From a virus (taxonomy: Duplodnaviria > Caudoviricetes), in IMG/VR virus record IMGVR_UViG_3300037834_000022, positions 1-45,498 of that record: a stretch of DNA of 45,498 bases; one strand, given 5' to 3'. The translations under genes and the position numbers were made by a program. Below are positions 15,243-25,434 of the stretch, piece by piece. Each line of letters opens with the position of its first letter. Position 1 is the stretch's first letter. The notes below the pieces were generated by a model that was given only the letters and a program-made list of their open reading frames with translations, did not search any database and was not told where the DNA came from.

Positions 15243-17202
15243 GTACATCGAGTCGGAGTTCTACCTGCCGGCCGAGGCCGGCGTCCTGCACGGCCTCTAC
15301 GAGTTCTACTACACCCCGTACTTCCTCGGGGTTGCCGCGGCGCTCGATGACCCGGAGGTGAAGGAAGTCGATCTGATGAAGGCCGCCCAGATCGGCTGGA
15401 CCTTCTTCCTGCTGGCCTTCATCTTCAAGCGCATCACTGGCCGCCCGATGCCGATCATGGTGCTGTTCGCCAAAGAGGGCGACGGCAAGGCATTCCACGA
15501 CGAGAAGCTGGTGCCGGCCATCAAGGCGAACGAAGCGGTTGGCCGCCTGGTCGACGTGGAAACGGCCAAGAAGTCGGGCAACCGCTGGAACCACAAGAGC
15601 TTCCCTGGTGGCTTCCTGAAGCTGGTGGCGTCGAACTCGCCCGGTAACGTCAAGTCGACCTCCAGCGTCGGCCTGGCCGTGGTGGAGGAGCCGGACGACA
15701 CCAGCGACGACGTGAAGGGCCAGGGCGACGCCATCGGCCTGCTCGAGGAGCGCGTCAAGCGCTACCCCGGCTCCAAGACGGTGGTCGGCGGCACCCCTTC
15801 GCTCAAGGGGCTGTCGAAAACCGAGCAACGCCTGAAGCAGACCGACCAGCGGGTGCTGCCGATCGTCTGCCATGGCTGCGGCGAGTCGCACGTGCTCGAC
15901 TTCGATCACATCACCTACCTCAGCGGCGACGCCGAGAAGGGCGACGTACCGCATGAGGTCTACGGCTACGCCAAGCCCGAGACTGCCAAGTACGCCTGCC
16001 CGCACTGCGCCGAGATGTGGGACGACCACCAGCGCAAGGAGAACATCCGCCGCACCGTGTTCGATGCGGTAGAGCGCGGCGACCCACTGTGCGGCTGGGT
16101 GGCCACTGCTCCGTTCTACGGCAAGGCCGGCTTCATGGAGCTCAGTGAGCTGTATGCCTGCCTGCCCGGCACAACGCTGGCCGAACTGGTGCGCGAACGC
16201 CTGGCCGCGGAGAAGCTGGCCGACGCCGGCGACCCGAAGCAGTTGATCAAGTTCGTCAACCAGAAGCAGGGCCGGCCGTTCGAGTACCGCACCGACGTGC
16301 CCGAGGCCGACAAGCTGCGTGAGCGCTGCGAGGACTACCGCGAGCTGGTGGTGCCCGGCGGCGGGCTGGTGCTGATGCTCGCCGTGGACGTGCAGCACGA
16401 CCGGATCGCGCTGATCCTACGGGCCTGGGGCCGCGGCGAGGAAAGCTGGCTGGTGTTATGGACGGAGATTGCCGCGCAAACCAGCACCTCGGACAAGAAC
16501 GACCCGGTATGGCAGGAGCTGGATCGGCTGCTGTTCGCCAGCTACGCGCACAGCAAGGGCTATCGCCTGCGCGTCAGCGCGGCCAGCATCGACTCCTCGG
16601 ATGGGCAGACCAACGACGCCGTCTACCACTACGTGCGCACGCGCAAGAAGCGCTTCAGCAAGCTGCTAGCCATCAAGGGCAGCACCAACGTGGACGCCGA
16701 GATTCTCACCGCGCCGCGCAAGATCGACCTCAACAACCAGAGCACCAAGGCCTCGCGCTACGGCCTGCAGGTTTACCAGGTGGGCGTGACCAAGGCGAAG
16801 GACCTGCTGTTCGAGCGGCTCAAGCTCACCGGCACCGGGCCCGGCCGGCTGCACTTCTACAAGGGCGTGCGCGCCGACTACTTCGACCAGCTGCTGGCCG
16901 AGGTCAAGGCGCCCAGCCGCAAGCATGGCGGCAAGAAGGTGTACCAGAAGAAGGCAGGCGCCGCGAACGAGGCCCTGGACTGCGAGGGCTACCAGATTCA
17001 CCTGGCGCGCTACCTGCGGCTGCACCTGAAATCGCCCGGTGACTGGGATGACATCGAAGCCAGCCTGATGCAGGTCGACCTGCTGGCCGATGCCGACGAG
17101 CAACCACGTGTGGACAGCGCCGGTGCGGCTCCAGCTGCAGCGCCCGGCAAGGCCGACATGACCCTGGCTGACCTGGGCCGAATGATGAACGGAGATGACT
17201 GA
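15166..17202 (+). CDS. Terminase large subunit (lambda GpA family)
   Basis: MKAAQIGWT, VVEEPD, GGTPS, CHGCG/CPHC, AVDVQ, NEALDC; RBS GGAGG. Confidence 0.93.
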   Translation: MRINLAVVLLDAAQQFNPPKDQPTAEYIESEFYLPAEAGVLHGLYEFYYTPYFLGVAAALDDPEVKEVDLMKAAQIGWTFFLLAFIFKRITGRPMPIMVLFAKEGDGKAFHDEKLVPAIKANEAVGRLVDVETAKKSGNRWNHKSFPGGFLKLVASNSPGNVKSTSSVGLAVVEEPDDTSDDVKGQGDAIGLLEERVKRYPGSKTVVGGTPSLKGLSKTEQRLKQTDQRVLPIVCHGCGESHVLDFDHITYLSGDAEKGDVPHEVYGYAKPETAKYACPHCAEMWDDHQRKENIRRTVFDAVERGDPLCGWVATAPFYGKAGFMELSELYACLPGTTLAELVRERLAAEKLADAGDPKQLIKFVNQKQGRPFEYRTDVPEADKLRERCEDYRELVVPGGGLVLMLAVDVQHDRIALILRAWGRGEESWLVLWTEIAAQTSTSDKNDPVWQELDRLLFASYAHSKGYRLRVSAASIDSSDGQTNDAVYHYVRTRKKRFSKLLAIKGSTNVDAEILTAPRKIDLNNQSTKASRYGLQVYQVGVTKAKDLLFERLKLTGTGPGRLHFYKGVRADYFDQLLAEVKAPSRKHGGKKVYQKKAGAANEALDCEGYQIHLARYLRLHLKSPGDWDDIEASLMQVDLLADADEQPRVDSAGAAPAAAPGKADMTLADLGRMMNGDD

Positions 17203-17414
17203 TGGCCACTGTGCAGCAGCAACTTGAGGAGGCGCGCGAGGCGTTGCACCTGCTGGTAACCGGGCGCAACACCGTAAGCGTGCAGCGCGACGGCAAGATC
17301 GTCTGGTTCCAGCAGGCCAACCGCCGCGACCTCGAAACCTACATCAACCAACTGGAGGGCCAGCTGGGTGTCGGCGCGCCGCGCCGGCGCGGGCCGGCGG
17401 GCGTGATCGCATGA
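17202..17414 (+). CDS. Head-tail joining protein gpW
   Basis: LEEAREALHLLVTG...VQRDGK...LETYINQLE; between terL and portal. Confidence 0.88.
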   Translation: MATVQQQLEEAREALHLLVTGRNTVSVQRDGKIVWFQQANRRDLETYINQLEGQLGVGAPRRRGPAGVIA

Positions 17415-18991
17415 GCAATATCCAGATCCTGGCACCGAACGGGTTACCCGCCCGGCAGCAGCTCAGCACCTGGCAGGGCGCCTCCGGCGGTTTCGGGGGC
17501 CAGCTGGAGCGCTGGCGGCCGCAGCTGCAAACCATGGATGCCGCTCTGCTGCCCAACCTCAAACTGGGCAACGCGCGCGCCGAGGACGTGACACGCAACA
17601 ACGCCTTCGCCGCCAACGGCGTGCAGATGCACATCGACAATATCGTCGGTCACCTGTTCCGCCTCAGCTACAAGCCGCGCTGGCGGCTGCTGGGCATCAG
17701 CGATGCCGATGCCCGCGCCTTCGCCCAGGATGTCGAGGCCTGGTGGTACGAGTTCGCCGAAGACCCGGTGGGCTGCTGGCTGGATGTGGAGCGCAAGCGC
17801 ACCGCCACCATGATGGTGCGCGAGGCCATCGGCACCCATACCCGCCTGGGCGAGATCGGCGCCGCGGCCGAGTGGGTGGAGCGACGCGGTACGCCGATGC
17901 GCACCGCGGTGCGCATGGTCAGCCCGAAGCGCATTGGCAACCCGGGCGACCGCGCCGACACGGCCAGCCTGCGTGGCGGGGTGGAGTTCGACCGCAACGG
18001 CGTGGCCATCGCCTACCACATTCGCCAGCTCAGCGCTGGCGGGCTTGGCCTGGGCAGCGGTTACGGCGGCGAGTGGCGCCGGGTGGAGCGCGAGGCTGCC
18101 AATGGCCGGCTCAAGTTCATCCACGTGTTCGAGCCCACCGAGGACGGCCAGGCCCGCGGTGCCAACCAGTTCCTCACGGTGCTGGAGCAGAGCCATATGC
18201 TGCCCAAGCTGCAGCACACCAAGCTGCAGAACGCCATCGTTAACGCCATGTATGCGGCGACCATCGAGAGCGAACTGGGCACCGAAGCCGCGCTGGAAAT
18301 CATCGGCGCCGGCGAAGAGGGCACCAAGAACATCACCAAGTACATGATGGCGGTCAACAGCTTCAACAGCGGCAGCAAGCTGGCGTTGAACGGGGTGAAG
18401 ATCCCCCACCTGTGGCCAGGCGAGAAGCTGCACCTGCAGACCAGCGGCAACGTCGACAACGGCTATGCCGACTTCGAGTCGAGCATCCTGCGCTGGATGG
18501 CGGCGGGGTTGAACGTGCCCTACGAGCCGTTCGCCCGCGACTACCGGCAGAGCACCTACAGCAGCGCGCGTGCCTCGATGATGGAGGGCTGGCGCTACTA
18601 CATGGGGCGCCGCAAGGTGATCGCCGCTCGCTTCGCCACGCACCTGTTCGTGCTGGCGTTCGAGGAGGCCCTGCAGCGGCGCCTGCTCACGTTGCCGCGC
18701 AACGCCACCCGTGGGTTCTATGAGGCGCGCGCCTCGTGGTGCAACTGCGACTGGATCGGTGCTGGCCGGCTGGCCATCGACGGGCTCAAGGAGGTCAAGG
18801 AGGCGGTACTGCGCATCGAATCCGGCCTGAGCACCTATGAGAAGGAGCTGGCGTTGCTGGGCGAGGACTACCAGGAAACCTTCGCGCAGCAAGTGCGCGA
18901 GATGAACGAGCGCCGCGAGGCAGGCCTGCCGCCGCCGAGCTGGATGCGCACCCAGGAACTGGCCCCGGACCAGACCGAGCCAACCGAATAG
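17411..18991 (+). CDS. Portal protein, lambda family
   Basis: GQARG, TYSSARASM, IDGLKEV, SGLSTYE motifs. Confidence 0.93.
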   Translation: MSNIQILAPNGLPARQQLSTWQGASGGFGGQLERWRPQLQTMDAALLPNLKLGNARAEDVTRNNAFAANGVQMHIDNIVGHLFRLSYKPRWRLLGISDADARAFAQDVEAWWYEFAEDPVGCWLDVERKRTATMMVREAIGTHTRLGEIGAAAEWVERRGTPMRTAVRMVSPKRIGNPGDRADTASLRGGVEFDRNGVAIAYHIRQLSAGGLGLGSGYGGEWRRVEREAANGRLKFIHVFEPTEDGQARGANQFLTVLEQSHMLPKLQHTKLQNAIVNAMYAATIESELGTEAALEIIGAGEEGTKNITKYMMAVNSFNSGSKLALNGVKIPHLWPGEKLHLQTSGNVDNGYADFESSILRWMAAGLNVPYEPFARDYRQSTYSSARASMMEGWRYYMGRRKVIAARFATHLFVLAFEEALQRRLLTLPRNATRGFYEARASWCNCDWIGAGRLAIDGLKEVKEAVLRIESGLSTYEKELALLGEDYQETFAQQVREMNERREAGLPPPSWMRTQELAPDQTEPTE

Positions 18992-18999
18992 GGCACACC

Positions 19000-20319
19000 A
19001 TGAACTATCCGCAGATCGCCAGCCGGGTGCTGAACACACCCCTGTTGCTGGAGCCGGCGTATGCCCGCGTGTTCTTCAGCGCGCTGGGTAGCCGGCTGAA
19101 CATTGCCGAGCTGAAGGACGAGCAAGGCGCCATCGACATGGGCCAGAAGCTGCGCGTGGACGCTCGCACCTACAACAAGACGCGCACCAACAGCTGGGGC
19201 TTCGAAGAGATCCTGTTCCAGGTGGTGGACGGTATCGCCCTGCTGGATGTGAAAGGCACCCTGGCCCACAAGTCCGGCTACCTCAAGCCCACCAGCGGCA
19301 TGACCGGCTATGACGGCATCATCAACCGCTTCGCGATGATGCTCGCCGAGAGCGACGTCAAAGGCGTGCTGATGGATATGCACACGCCGGGCGGCGAGGT
19401 GTCCGGCTGCTTCGACACCGCCGACCGCTTGCGGCAGATGGCCCAGCAAGCCGGCAAGCCGCTTTGGGCCATGGCCTGCGACTCCGCCTGTTCCGCCGGC
19501 ATGGCACTGGCCAGCGCGGCAGACCGCCGGCTGATCACGCAAACCGGCTATGTCGGGTCGGTCGGCGTGGTGATGGCCCACGCCAGTTACGAGGACTACC
19601 TGGAGCAGGAGGGCATCAAGGTCACGCTCATCCACTCCGGTGCGCGCAAGGTCGACGGCAACCCCTACGAGGACTTGCCCGACGAGGTGCTGAGCCGCTT
19701 CCAGGCCGACACCGACGCGCTACGCCAACAGTTCGCCGAGCTGGTCGCCCGCAACCTGGGCACCACCAGCGAGGCCGTGCTGGCCACCGAAGCCGCGGTG
19801 TTCCGTGGCCAGGCGGCAATCGACGTCGGTTTCGCCGATGCCCTGGTTAATGGGCATGAGGCGGTGGCCGAGTTCTCTGAGTACCTGTCCAGCCAGGGCA
19901 GGACGACAACCCTAGGAGTCAATCGCATGACCGGTACCACTACCGCGCCGACTGCCGAAGCTGCGCCGCCTGCCCAGGCGGCCAGCGAGGCACCGGCCAC
20001 CGTCGACACTGCCGCCGCAGCCAGTGCCGAGCGCACGCGCGTGCAGGGCATCCTGCAGCATGCCGAGGCCCAGGGCCGCGGCAAACTGGCCAACCACCTG
20101 GCCTTCAACACCTCGATGAGCGTCGAGGATGCCGCCGCCATGCTGGCCGCTGCCGAGAAAGAGCAGGGCGCCAACCTCGATGCCAGCACCGCGCTGGACA
20201 AGATGATGGCCAGCGAACAACAGCCGAACCTCACCGCCGGTGGTGGTGACGCCAAACCCAACAAGGCCCAGGAAATCGCCGCTTCCTACGCCGCCGCCAC
20301 GGGAGTGAAACTCGCATGA
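19000..20319 (+). CDS. S49 head-maturation protease (gpC) with nested scaffold (Nu3-like, in-frame ATG 19927)
   Basis: HTPGGEV, ACSAGMALASAA, VGSVGV; internal RBS AGGAG before MTGTTT. Confidence 0.9.
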   Translation: MNYPQIASRVLNTPLLLEPAYARVFFSALGSRLNIAELKDEQGAIDMGQKLRVDARTYNKTRTNSWGFEEILFQVVDGIALLDVKGTLAHKSGYLKPTSGMTGYDGIINRFAMMLAESDVKGVLMDMHTPGGEVSGCFDTADRLRQMAQQAGKPLWAMACDSACSAGMALASAADRRLITQTGYVGSVGVVMAHASYEDYLEQEGIKVTLIHSGARKVDGNPYEDLPDEVLSRFQADTDALRQQFAELVARNLGTTSEAVLATEAAVFRGQAAIDVGFADALVNGHEAVAEFSEYLSSQGRTTTLGVNRMTGTTTAPTAEAAPPAQAASEAPATVDTAAAASAERTRVQGILQHAEAQGRGKLANHLAFNTSMSVEDAAAMLAAAEKEQGANLDASTALDKMMASEQQPNLTAGGGDAKPNKAQEIAASYAAATGVKLA

Positions 20320-20666
20320 GTATCGTCAACGAACCCACCGACAACTGGATCACCGGTTCGCACCCGTATCACACCGCGCTGGGCACCATCGCCAGCGGCG
20401 AGAACCTGGTGGCCCGCACTCCGCTGGGCCAGGTCACCGCCAGCGGCAAGTTCGTGGCCTGGGACCCGGCGGCCACCGACGGCTCCGAGCAGGCCGTGCG
20501 CCTGAGCCTCTATGCCACCGACGCCAGCGCCGCTGACGCCGAGGCGCAGATGATCACCGGCGGCAGCTTCAACCCGGAGCTGGTCGCCTGGCCGGACGGC
20601 GTCACCGCCGCGCAGAAGCTCGCTGCATTCGTGGGCACGCCCATCGTCCTGCAGCTGCCCGTGTAA
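20316..20666 (+). CDS. Head decoration protein (gpD-like)
   Basis: WDPAATDGS, GSFNPELVAWP; position. Confidence 0.85.
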   Translation: MSIVNEPTDNWITGSHPYHTALGTIASGENLVARTPLGQVTASGKFVAWDPAATDGSEQAVRLSLYATDASAADAEAQMITGGSFNPELVAWPDGVTAAQKLAAFVGTPIVLQLPV

Positions 20667-20687
20667 GCGCGGGCGCCACAATCCCCC

Positions 20688-20709
20688 AAGGCCGCCACGC
20701 GGCCTTTTT
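20688..20709 (+). terminator. Intrinsic terminator-like hairpin before capsid gene
   Basis: AAGGCCGC-cac-GCGGCCTTTTT. Confidence 0.6.
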
Positions 20710-20729
20710 CGTTTCAGGAGAACCGAACC

Positions 20730-21755
20730 ATGGCCGCTGGCTACGATACGACCACTCTGCTGGGTGTGAAGCAGATCCTGCCGAAGTTCACCCCGCTGTT
20801 CATCCAGATGTTCTTTCCCCAGGTCGCCACCTTCCCCAGCGAGGAAGTGGCCTTCGACAAGATCAAGAAGGGCGTGCGCCTGGCGCCGTTCGTGTCGCCG
20901 ATGGCCTCCGGCCGCGCGCGGCGCGAGCGTGGCGGCCAGCTGCTGACCTTCAAGCCGGCCTACCTCAAGCCGACCGACGCGGTGAAGCCCAGCCGCACCC
21001 TCAAGCGCCGCCCGGGTGAAGCCCTGAACGGCGAGCTGAGCCCGGCGCAGCGCATGGACGCCATCCGCGCGGACATCCTCAACGACCACGAGCAGGAGAT
21101 CGTCGCGCGTGAGGAATGGATGGCCGTGCAGGCCGTGCTCACCGGCAAGGTGGTGGTAGCGGGCGAGGACTACGAGTCGCAGGAGGTCGACTACGGTCGC
21201 AGCACCGACAACCAGGTGGTGCTGGCTGGCGCCGCCAAGTGGGACACCGTCGACCCGGACACCTACGACCCCTCCAGCGACCTGGAAGACTGGGCCGTAG
21301 CGGCCAACGGCACCGTCAGCGTGCTGCTGATGGACAAGCTGGCCTGGCGCCTGTTCAGCAGCTTCAAGGCGGTGAAAGACAAGCTGGAGACCCGCCGCGG
21401 CAGTACCTCCCAGCTGGAGCTTGGCCCGCAGCTGGAGCGCGAGGTAATGCGCAAGGGCTTCTACGGCGAGTACGAGATCCTGGTGTACACCGGCAAGTAC
21501 GAGGACGGCGAGGGCACCAAGCTCAACTACATGCCGGATCACACCGTGTTGATGGCCCCGGCCAGCGCGGACAACGTGATGGCTTACGGCGGCATCCAGG
21601 ATGCCAAGGCCAACGCCATGGGCATCGTGGAAACCACCCGCTACCCGAGCAACTGGTTTACCGACAACCCCAGCGTCGAGTGGCTGCAAACCCAGGCCGC
21701 GCCGGTGCCGGCGCTGTTCGACGCCGACGAGTTCGTCGTCATCACCGTGGCCTGA
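20730..21755 (+). CDS. Major capsid protein (lambda gpE family)
   Basis: LAPFVSP, FKPAYLKP, REEWMAVQAV, YGGIQD. Confidence 0.93.
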   Translation: MAAGYDTTTLLGVKQILPKFTPLFIQMFFPQVATFPSEEVAFDKIKKGVRLAPFVSPMASGRARRERGGQLLTFKPAYLKPTDAVKPSRTLKRRPGEALNGELSPAQRMDAIRADILNDHEQEIVAREEWMAVQAVLTGKVVVAGEDYESQEVDYGRSTDNQVVLAGAAKWDTVDPDTYDPSSDLEDWAVAANGTVSVLLMDKLAWRLFSSFKAVKDKLETRRGSTSQLELGPQLEREVMRKGFYGEYEILVYTGKYEDGEGTKLNYMPDHTVLMAPASADNVMAYGGIQDAKANAMGIVETTRYPSNWFTDNPSVEWLQTQAAPVPALFDADEFVVITVA

Positions 21756-21809
21756 TCGGCCTTCCCCTGAACAGGCCGCCCATGCGGGCGGCCCATGGAG
21801 CATGCACGC

Positions 21810-22031
21810 ATGGCCAAGTACATCGTAAAAGCCACCATCCAGACCCTGGAGAAGGGCAAGAAACTCGTCCTCAAGCCCGGAGCCGAGCCGCAGGAAGTGC
21901 CGAAAGGCCTGGTCAAGGAACTGCTCGGCAAGGGGCTGATCGAGGAGGTTGCCGGTGCCTCGGGCAAAGCCACGCCGCCTGATGCCGATGCTGGTGCCGG
22001 TGGCACCGGCGACGACAACTCGGGCGACTGA
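21810..22031 (+). CDS. Small head-associated protein (FI position)
   Basis: Position after capsid; RBS GGAG. Confidence 0.6.
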   Translation: MAKYIVKATIQTLEKGKKLVLKPGAEPQEVPKGLVKELLGKGLIEEVAGASGKATPPDADAGAGGTGDDNSGD

Positions 22032-22033
22032 GC

Positions 22034-22360
22034 ATGAGCAGCGACTTCGACCGGCTCATGCGGCGAGCGGACGACAGCCTCTTCCGTGTGTTCGGTGAGG
22101 ATCGCTGCAACGGCAAGCCAACCTACACGCCGCCCGGCGGTGCGCCGGTGGCGTGCGAGGTGATGCTCTCGCGCGATGTCAGCGTGGCCGGTGCGGACGG
22201 CATGTTCCGCTCGGTGAAGATCCTCGCCGACATCCGCGGGCACCAGGTGCGCGGCAAGCGCGGCGGCTTGCTTGAGCTGGCCGAAGGGCGCTTCAAGCTG
22301 GCCGAGCCCGTGGGCAACGATGGCCTGGTGGAACGCTGGGAGCTGCTGGAGGTGACCTGA
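22034..22360 (+). CDS. Head-tail joining protein (FII position)
   Basis: Size and position. Confidence 0.65.
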   Translation: MSSDFDRLMRRADDSLFRVFGEDRCNGKPTYTPPGGAPVACEVMLSRDVSVAGADGMFRSVKILADIRGHQVRGKRGGLLELAEGRFKLAEPVGNDGLVERWELLEVT

Positions 22361-22920
22361 TGGCTGGCTACGACAGCGTGCGGGTCGAGTTCCGTGGCGA
22401 CCCCGCGCGGTTCGATGCCGCCCCGGACAAGCTGCGGCGTGCCGTCCAGCTGGCCCTCAACACCGTAGGCCGTAGCACCCGCACGCAAAGCTGGCGGGAG
22501 ATACGGGCGGAAATCAACCTCAAGCCCAGCTACATCCAGAACGAGGTCAACTTCATCCCGGCCACGCCGGACGAGCTGCGCGTGACCATCTTCGCGCGCT
22601 CGCGAGGCGTGACGCTGAGCCAGTTCCCGCACCGCCAGCTGTGGCGGCAAGGGAAGAACGGCAAGCGCGTGCCAGCCGGTGTGCGGGTGGACGTTGGCAA
22701 GGGCTGGACGGAGCTGAACGAGGGCGCCTTCATCGCCCCCATTGGCCCAACGGGTGGGCTGATCGCCGAGCGGATCGGCAAGCCCAGGTTGCCGCTGGAG
22801 GTGCTGCACGGCCCATCGCCGTCGCAGGTGCTCAACACCAAGCTGGAAGACATCGGAGCCGACGCCGAGCGCAAGCTCGACGCCGAGACCGAACGCCAAC
22901 TGAGGCGCATAAACCTATGA
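22360..22920 (+). CDS. Minor tail protein Z-like
   Basis: ALNTV, GAFIA, RLPLEVLHGPS. Confidence 0.75.
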   Translation: MAGYDSVRVEFRGDPARFDAAPDKLRRAVQLALNTVGRSTRTQSWREIRAEINLKPSYIQNEVNFIPATPDELRVTIFARSRGVTLSQFPHRQLWRQGKNGKRVPAGVRVDVGKGWTELNEGAFIAPIGPTGGLIAERIGKPRLPLEVLHGPSPSQVLNTKLEDIGADAERKLDAETERQLRRINL

Positions 22921-23387
22921 CCAACCCCATCAAGCAGGCGGACCAGGCCCTGGTCGACCGCCTGGGGCAGATCACGCCAGCCAACGGCTACCTGACCGAT
23001 GCCGGCACACGCATCAAGGAAGGCTGGCTGGCCGAACTGCTGCAGGCCGATGACTTGGTGTTTCCGTTCATCGCTAAGCAGCCTGCCCTGTACGTGCCCG
23101 GCAGCTGGGGGCCAGGCGCAGTGCTGACGCGGGTAGGTCGGCGCATTGTCGGCGCCGTGGACGGTAGCCGCGATGACTACCTCGAGCAGCTCGAGGAGCT
23201 GTATTGCGATCTGGTGGCCTGCCTGCAGGTGCCGGAAGGCATCCCCAACCCCTGGGGGCCAAAGGGGCCGCGTCAGGTAACGCTGGAGCCTGGCCAGATG
23301 TTCCCGCCCGGTGATGGCCTAGCGGCCGGCACCGTGCTGTTCCCACTCCAGCTTCACATCCACATCAACGCAGGTAGAACACCATGA
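22917..23387 (+). CDS. Tail terminator (gpU-like)
   Basis: ITPANGYLTDAG motif; ATGA coupling. Confidence 0.7.
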   Translation: MTNPIKQADQALVDRLGQITPANGYLTDAGTRIKEGWLAELLQADDLVFPFIAKQPALYVPGSWGPGAVLTRVGRRIVGAVDGSRDDYLEQLEELYCDLVACLQVPEGIPNPWGPKGPRQVTLEPGQMFPPGDGLAAGTVLFPLQLHIHINAGRTP

Positions 23388-23587
23388 GTGGACGCAAGCA
23401 AGACGCGGCCCCGGCGGGCAGCGAGAAAGAAAAAGCCAAGCGCGAAGACGTCGTGCTTGTTAAAGACCACGACCACGGCGGCAAGCCGTGCAAGGCCGGC
23501 AGCACCATCAGCGTGCTGCCGCATCAGAAGGCCTGGCTGCAGCAGCTGGGCAAAATTGCCAAGCCGGGTGAAGGGGAGGGCAAATAA
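23384..23587 (+). CDS. Small hypothetical tail-region protein
   Basis: HDHGGKPCKAGSTI...WL; coupled to neighbours. Confidence 0.7.
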   Translation: MSGRKQDAAPAGSEKEKAKREDVVLVKDHDHGGKPCKAGSTISVLPHQKAWLQQLGKIAKPGEGEGK

Positions 23588-24375
23588 TGGTCTGGGTAAA
23601 AGAGACGTTCATTGTTGCGGGTCGCATCCTCTGCCGCCCGGCCGGCACGGGCAAGCCATTTGAGCCCATGGGCCTTGGTTCCACCATGACCCAGAACCAC
23701 GAGGTGAACAAAATCACCCTGACCAACACCATGATTCCGGCCGGCGGTAACTACGATACCTACAGCCGCGTCACGGCCATGACCCTGGGCTTCAACTTTC
23801 GCGAGTTCTTCACCGCGAACTTCGCCCGCTTTCTGTGGGCTGAGGTGACTGACCTGCCGTCCGCGCCGGTTACCGGTGAGGTGGTAACGGTGGGTGTCAA
23901 CATGGTGAGCATGCTGAGCAAGATGCCGCTCAGCATCACCACTGTGGTCGATGCGGAAACTGGGCTTGTGGAGTACGACGAAGACATAGACTTCCGCCTC
24001 ACCGGCTCCGGCATCGAGCCGCTGCCTGGCGGCCCGCTGGCAGCAGCGATTGCTGCGGCTGAAGCTGCCGATGAGGAATACCAGCTCGAGGTCGATTACG
24101 TCAGCGCGCCTATCGATGATATCCAGCCGCTGGCCGGTACTGCAGTTGAGCTGGAGATTCTGTTCGAGGGCGTGAACGCCGTGGGCACACAGAAGCGCAC
24201 CAACAACCTCTACTACCGTTGTAAGTTCGACCTGGTTGCCGCGCTGAGCTGGATCAACGTCGAAGATTTCATGGGCATGGAGGTCACCTGTGAGGTGCTG
24301 GGTGATTCTTCGCGTATCGGTGCCGGCGTTTCGCCATACATGAAGATCATGAAAGAGAAGCCGATGCCGGCGTGA
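23587..24375 (+). CDS. Major tail tube protein
   Basis: GGNYD, FEGVNA; position before chaperone and tape measure. Confidence 0.78.
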   Translation: MVWVKETFIVAGRILCRPAGTGKPFEPMGLGSTMTQNHEVNKITLTNTMIPAGGNYDTYSRVTAMTLGFNFREFFTANFARFLWAEVTDLPSAPVTGEVVTVGVNMVSMLSKMPLSITTVVDAETGLVEYDEDIDFRLTGSGIEPLPGGPLAAAIAAAEAADEEYQLEVDYVSAPIDDIQPLAGTAVELEILFEGVNAVGTQKRTNNLYYRCKFDLVAALSWINVEDFMGMEVTCEVLGDSSRIGAGVSPYMKIMKEKPMPA

Positions 24376-24403
24376 CGCCAGGGTGGCCAGGGATGGCTAC
24401 TTT

Positions 24404-24423
24404 TACTGTATAAGTGTACAGTA
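24404..24423. promoter_or_regulatory. LexA (SOS) box upstream of Panacea moron
   Basis: TACTGTATAAGTGTACAGTA, CTG-N10-CAG close to consensus. Confidence 0.8.
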
Positions 24424-24548
24424 ATGGCTTGTGACAATTTCTACCTGACGAGGGCGGCCCTTCTGTCAAGATGAATTTGACGCAATCACTTGACTTGGGC
24501 AGAATCGCGCCCCAATTTGATAGTGGCATTTTGTACAGGGGGGCGAAA

Positions 24549-25022
24549 ATGAGTAAATCTCTAGCAGTAGCTCAGTACATACTCGATGCGACTCGTGATA
24601 TGCACGACGATGCGCTTACGCCAATGCAGCTAATCAAACTCGTTTATGTCGCTCACGGGTACATGTTGGCTGAGTACGGTGAGCCCTTGCTTCGTGAGCC
24701 TGTAGAGGCTTGGAAGTACGGACCAGTAGTTCGTAGCGTTTACGAGGCGGTACGCGATTATCGTTCCTCGCCTGTTGATCAAGTGCCGGGTGCGCATCGT
24801 TGGAATGGTCGGTTCACCGAGCAGGAATGTGACATCATGGATCAGGTGGCTGAGATCTATGGTGGAATTAATGGTGTACGCCTTTCGGCCGCAACCCATA
24901 AGCCAAATACGCCTTGGAGTATCACTTGGGATCGTTTCGGGCGGAACGCCGAGATTTCCAATGATTTGATTGAGGATTTTTACGATTACATCCTCTCTCA
25001 ACCAAGCCACTCATCTCTATAG
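24549..25022 (+). CDS. Panacea (DUF4065/SocA-like) antitoxin
   Basis: LTPMQLIKLVYVAHG, EAWKYGPVV, THKPNTPW; AT-richer than flanks. Confidence 0.9.
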   Translation: MSKSLAVAQYILDATRDMHDDALTPMQLIKLVYVAHGYMLAEYGEPLLREPVEAWKYGPVVRSVYEAVRDYRSSPVDQVPGAHRWNGRFTEQECDIMDQVAEIYGGINGVRLSAATHKPNTPWSITWDRFGRNAEISNDLIEDFYDYILSQPSHSSL

Positions 25023-25046
25023 GCCAGTCGTATAGGGCGTAAAGGG

Positions 25047-25430
25047 ATGTTTGACGATTCTGATGAGCAGGGCAGCCTAGAAAAAAGGCCCAGGTTCTTT
25101 TCCAAGAAAACCAAAACCGCGGATACCCTTGCCAACAGCGAAGCAGCTGCGCTAGCCAGTAACGAGGATCTTGACGCGAATGGGCGGAAGCAAGAGCACG
25201 GCCGTCACCAAAAATTTCGTGATCATGCCAACCTAGCTGCAATCTTGGTGCTCTGGTTCGTCGTAGCTTTGACCCTCTTAGGAATGTTTGTTTTCAGCGT
25301 CAATCTGATGCTTCCAGAATGTCACCAATGGCTCACCCCTGCTGCGCAAGAAAAAATTCAAACGCTCCTGGCGGCTGCGTTGTTATCAAGTGCGATGACT
25401 GGTTACGTCAATAGGCGTATGGAGCCATAA
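25047..25430 (+). CDS. Two-TM membrane protein, candidate cognate toxin
   Basis: Charged N-terminus plus two C-terminal hydrophobic helices, directly after Panacea gene. Confidence 0.7.
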   Translation: MFDDSDEQGSLEKRPRFFSKKTKTADTLANSEAAALASNEDLDANGRKQEHGRHQKFRDHANLAAILVLWFVVALTLLGMFVFSVNLMLPECHQWLTPAAQEKIQTLLAAALLSSAMTGYVNRRMEP

Positions 25431-25434
25431 GCGT

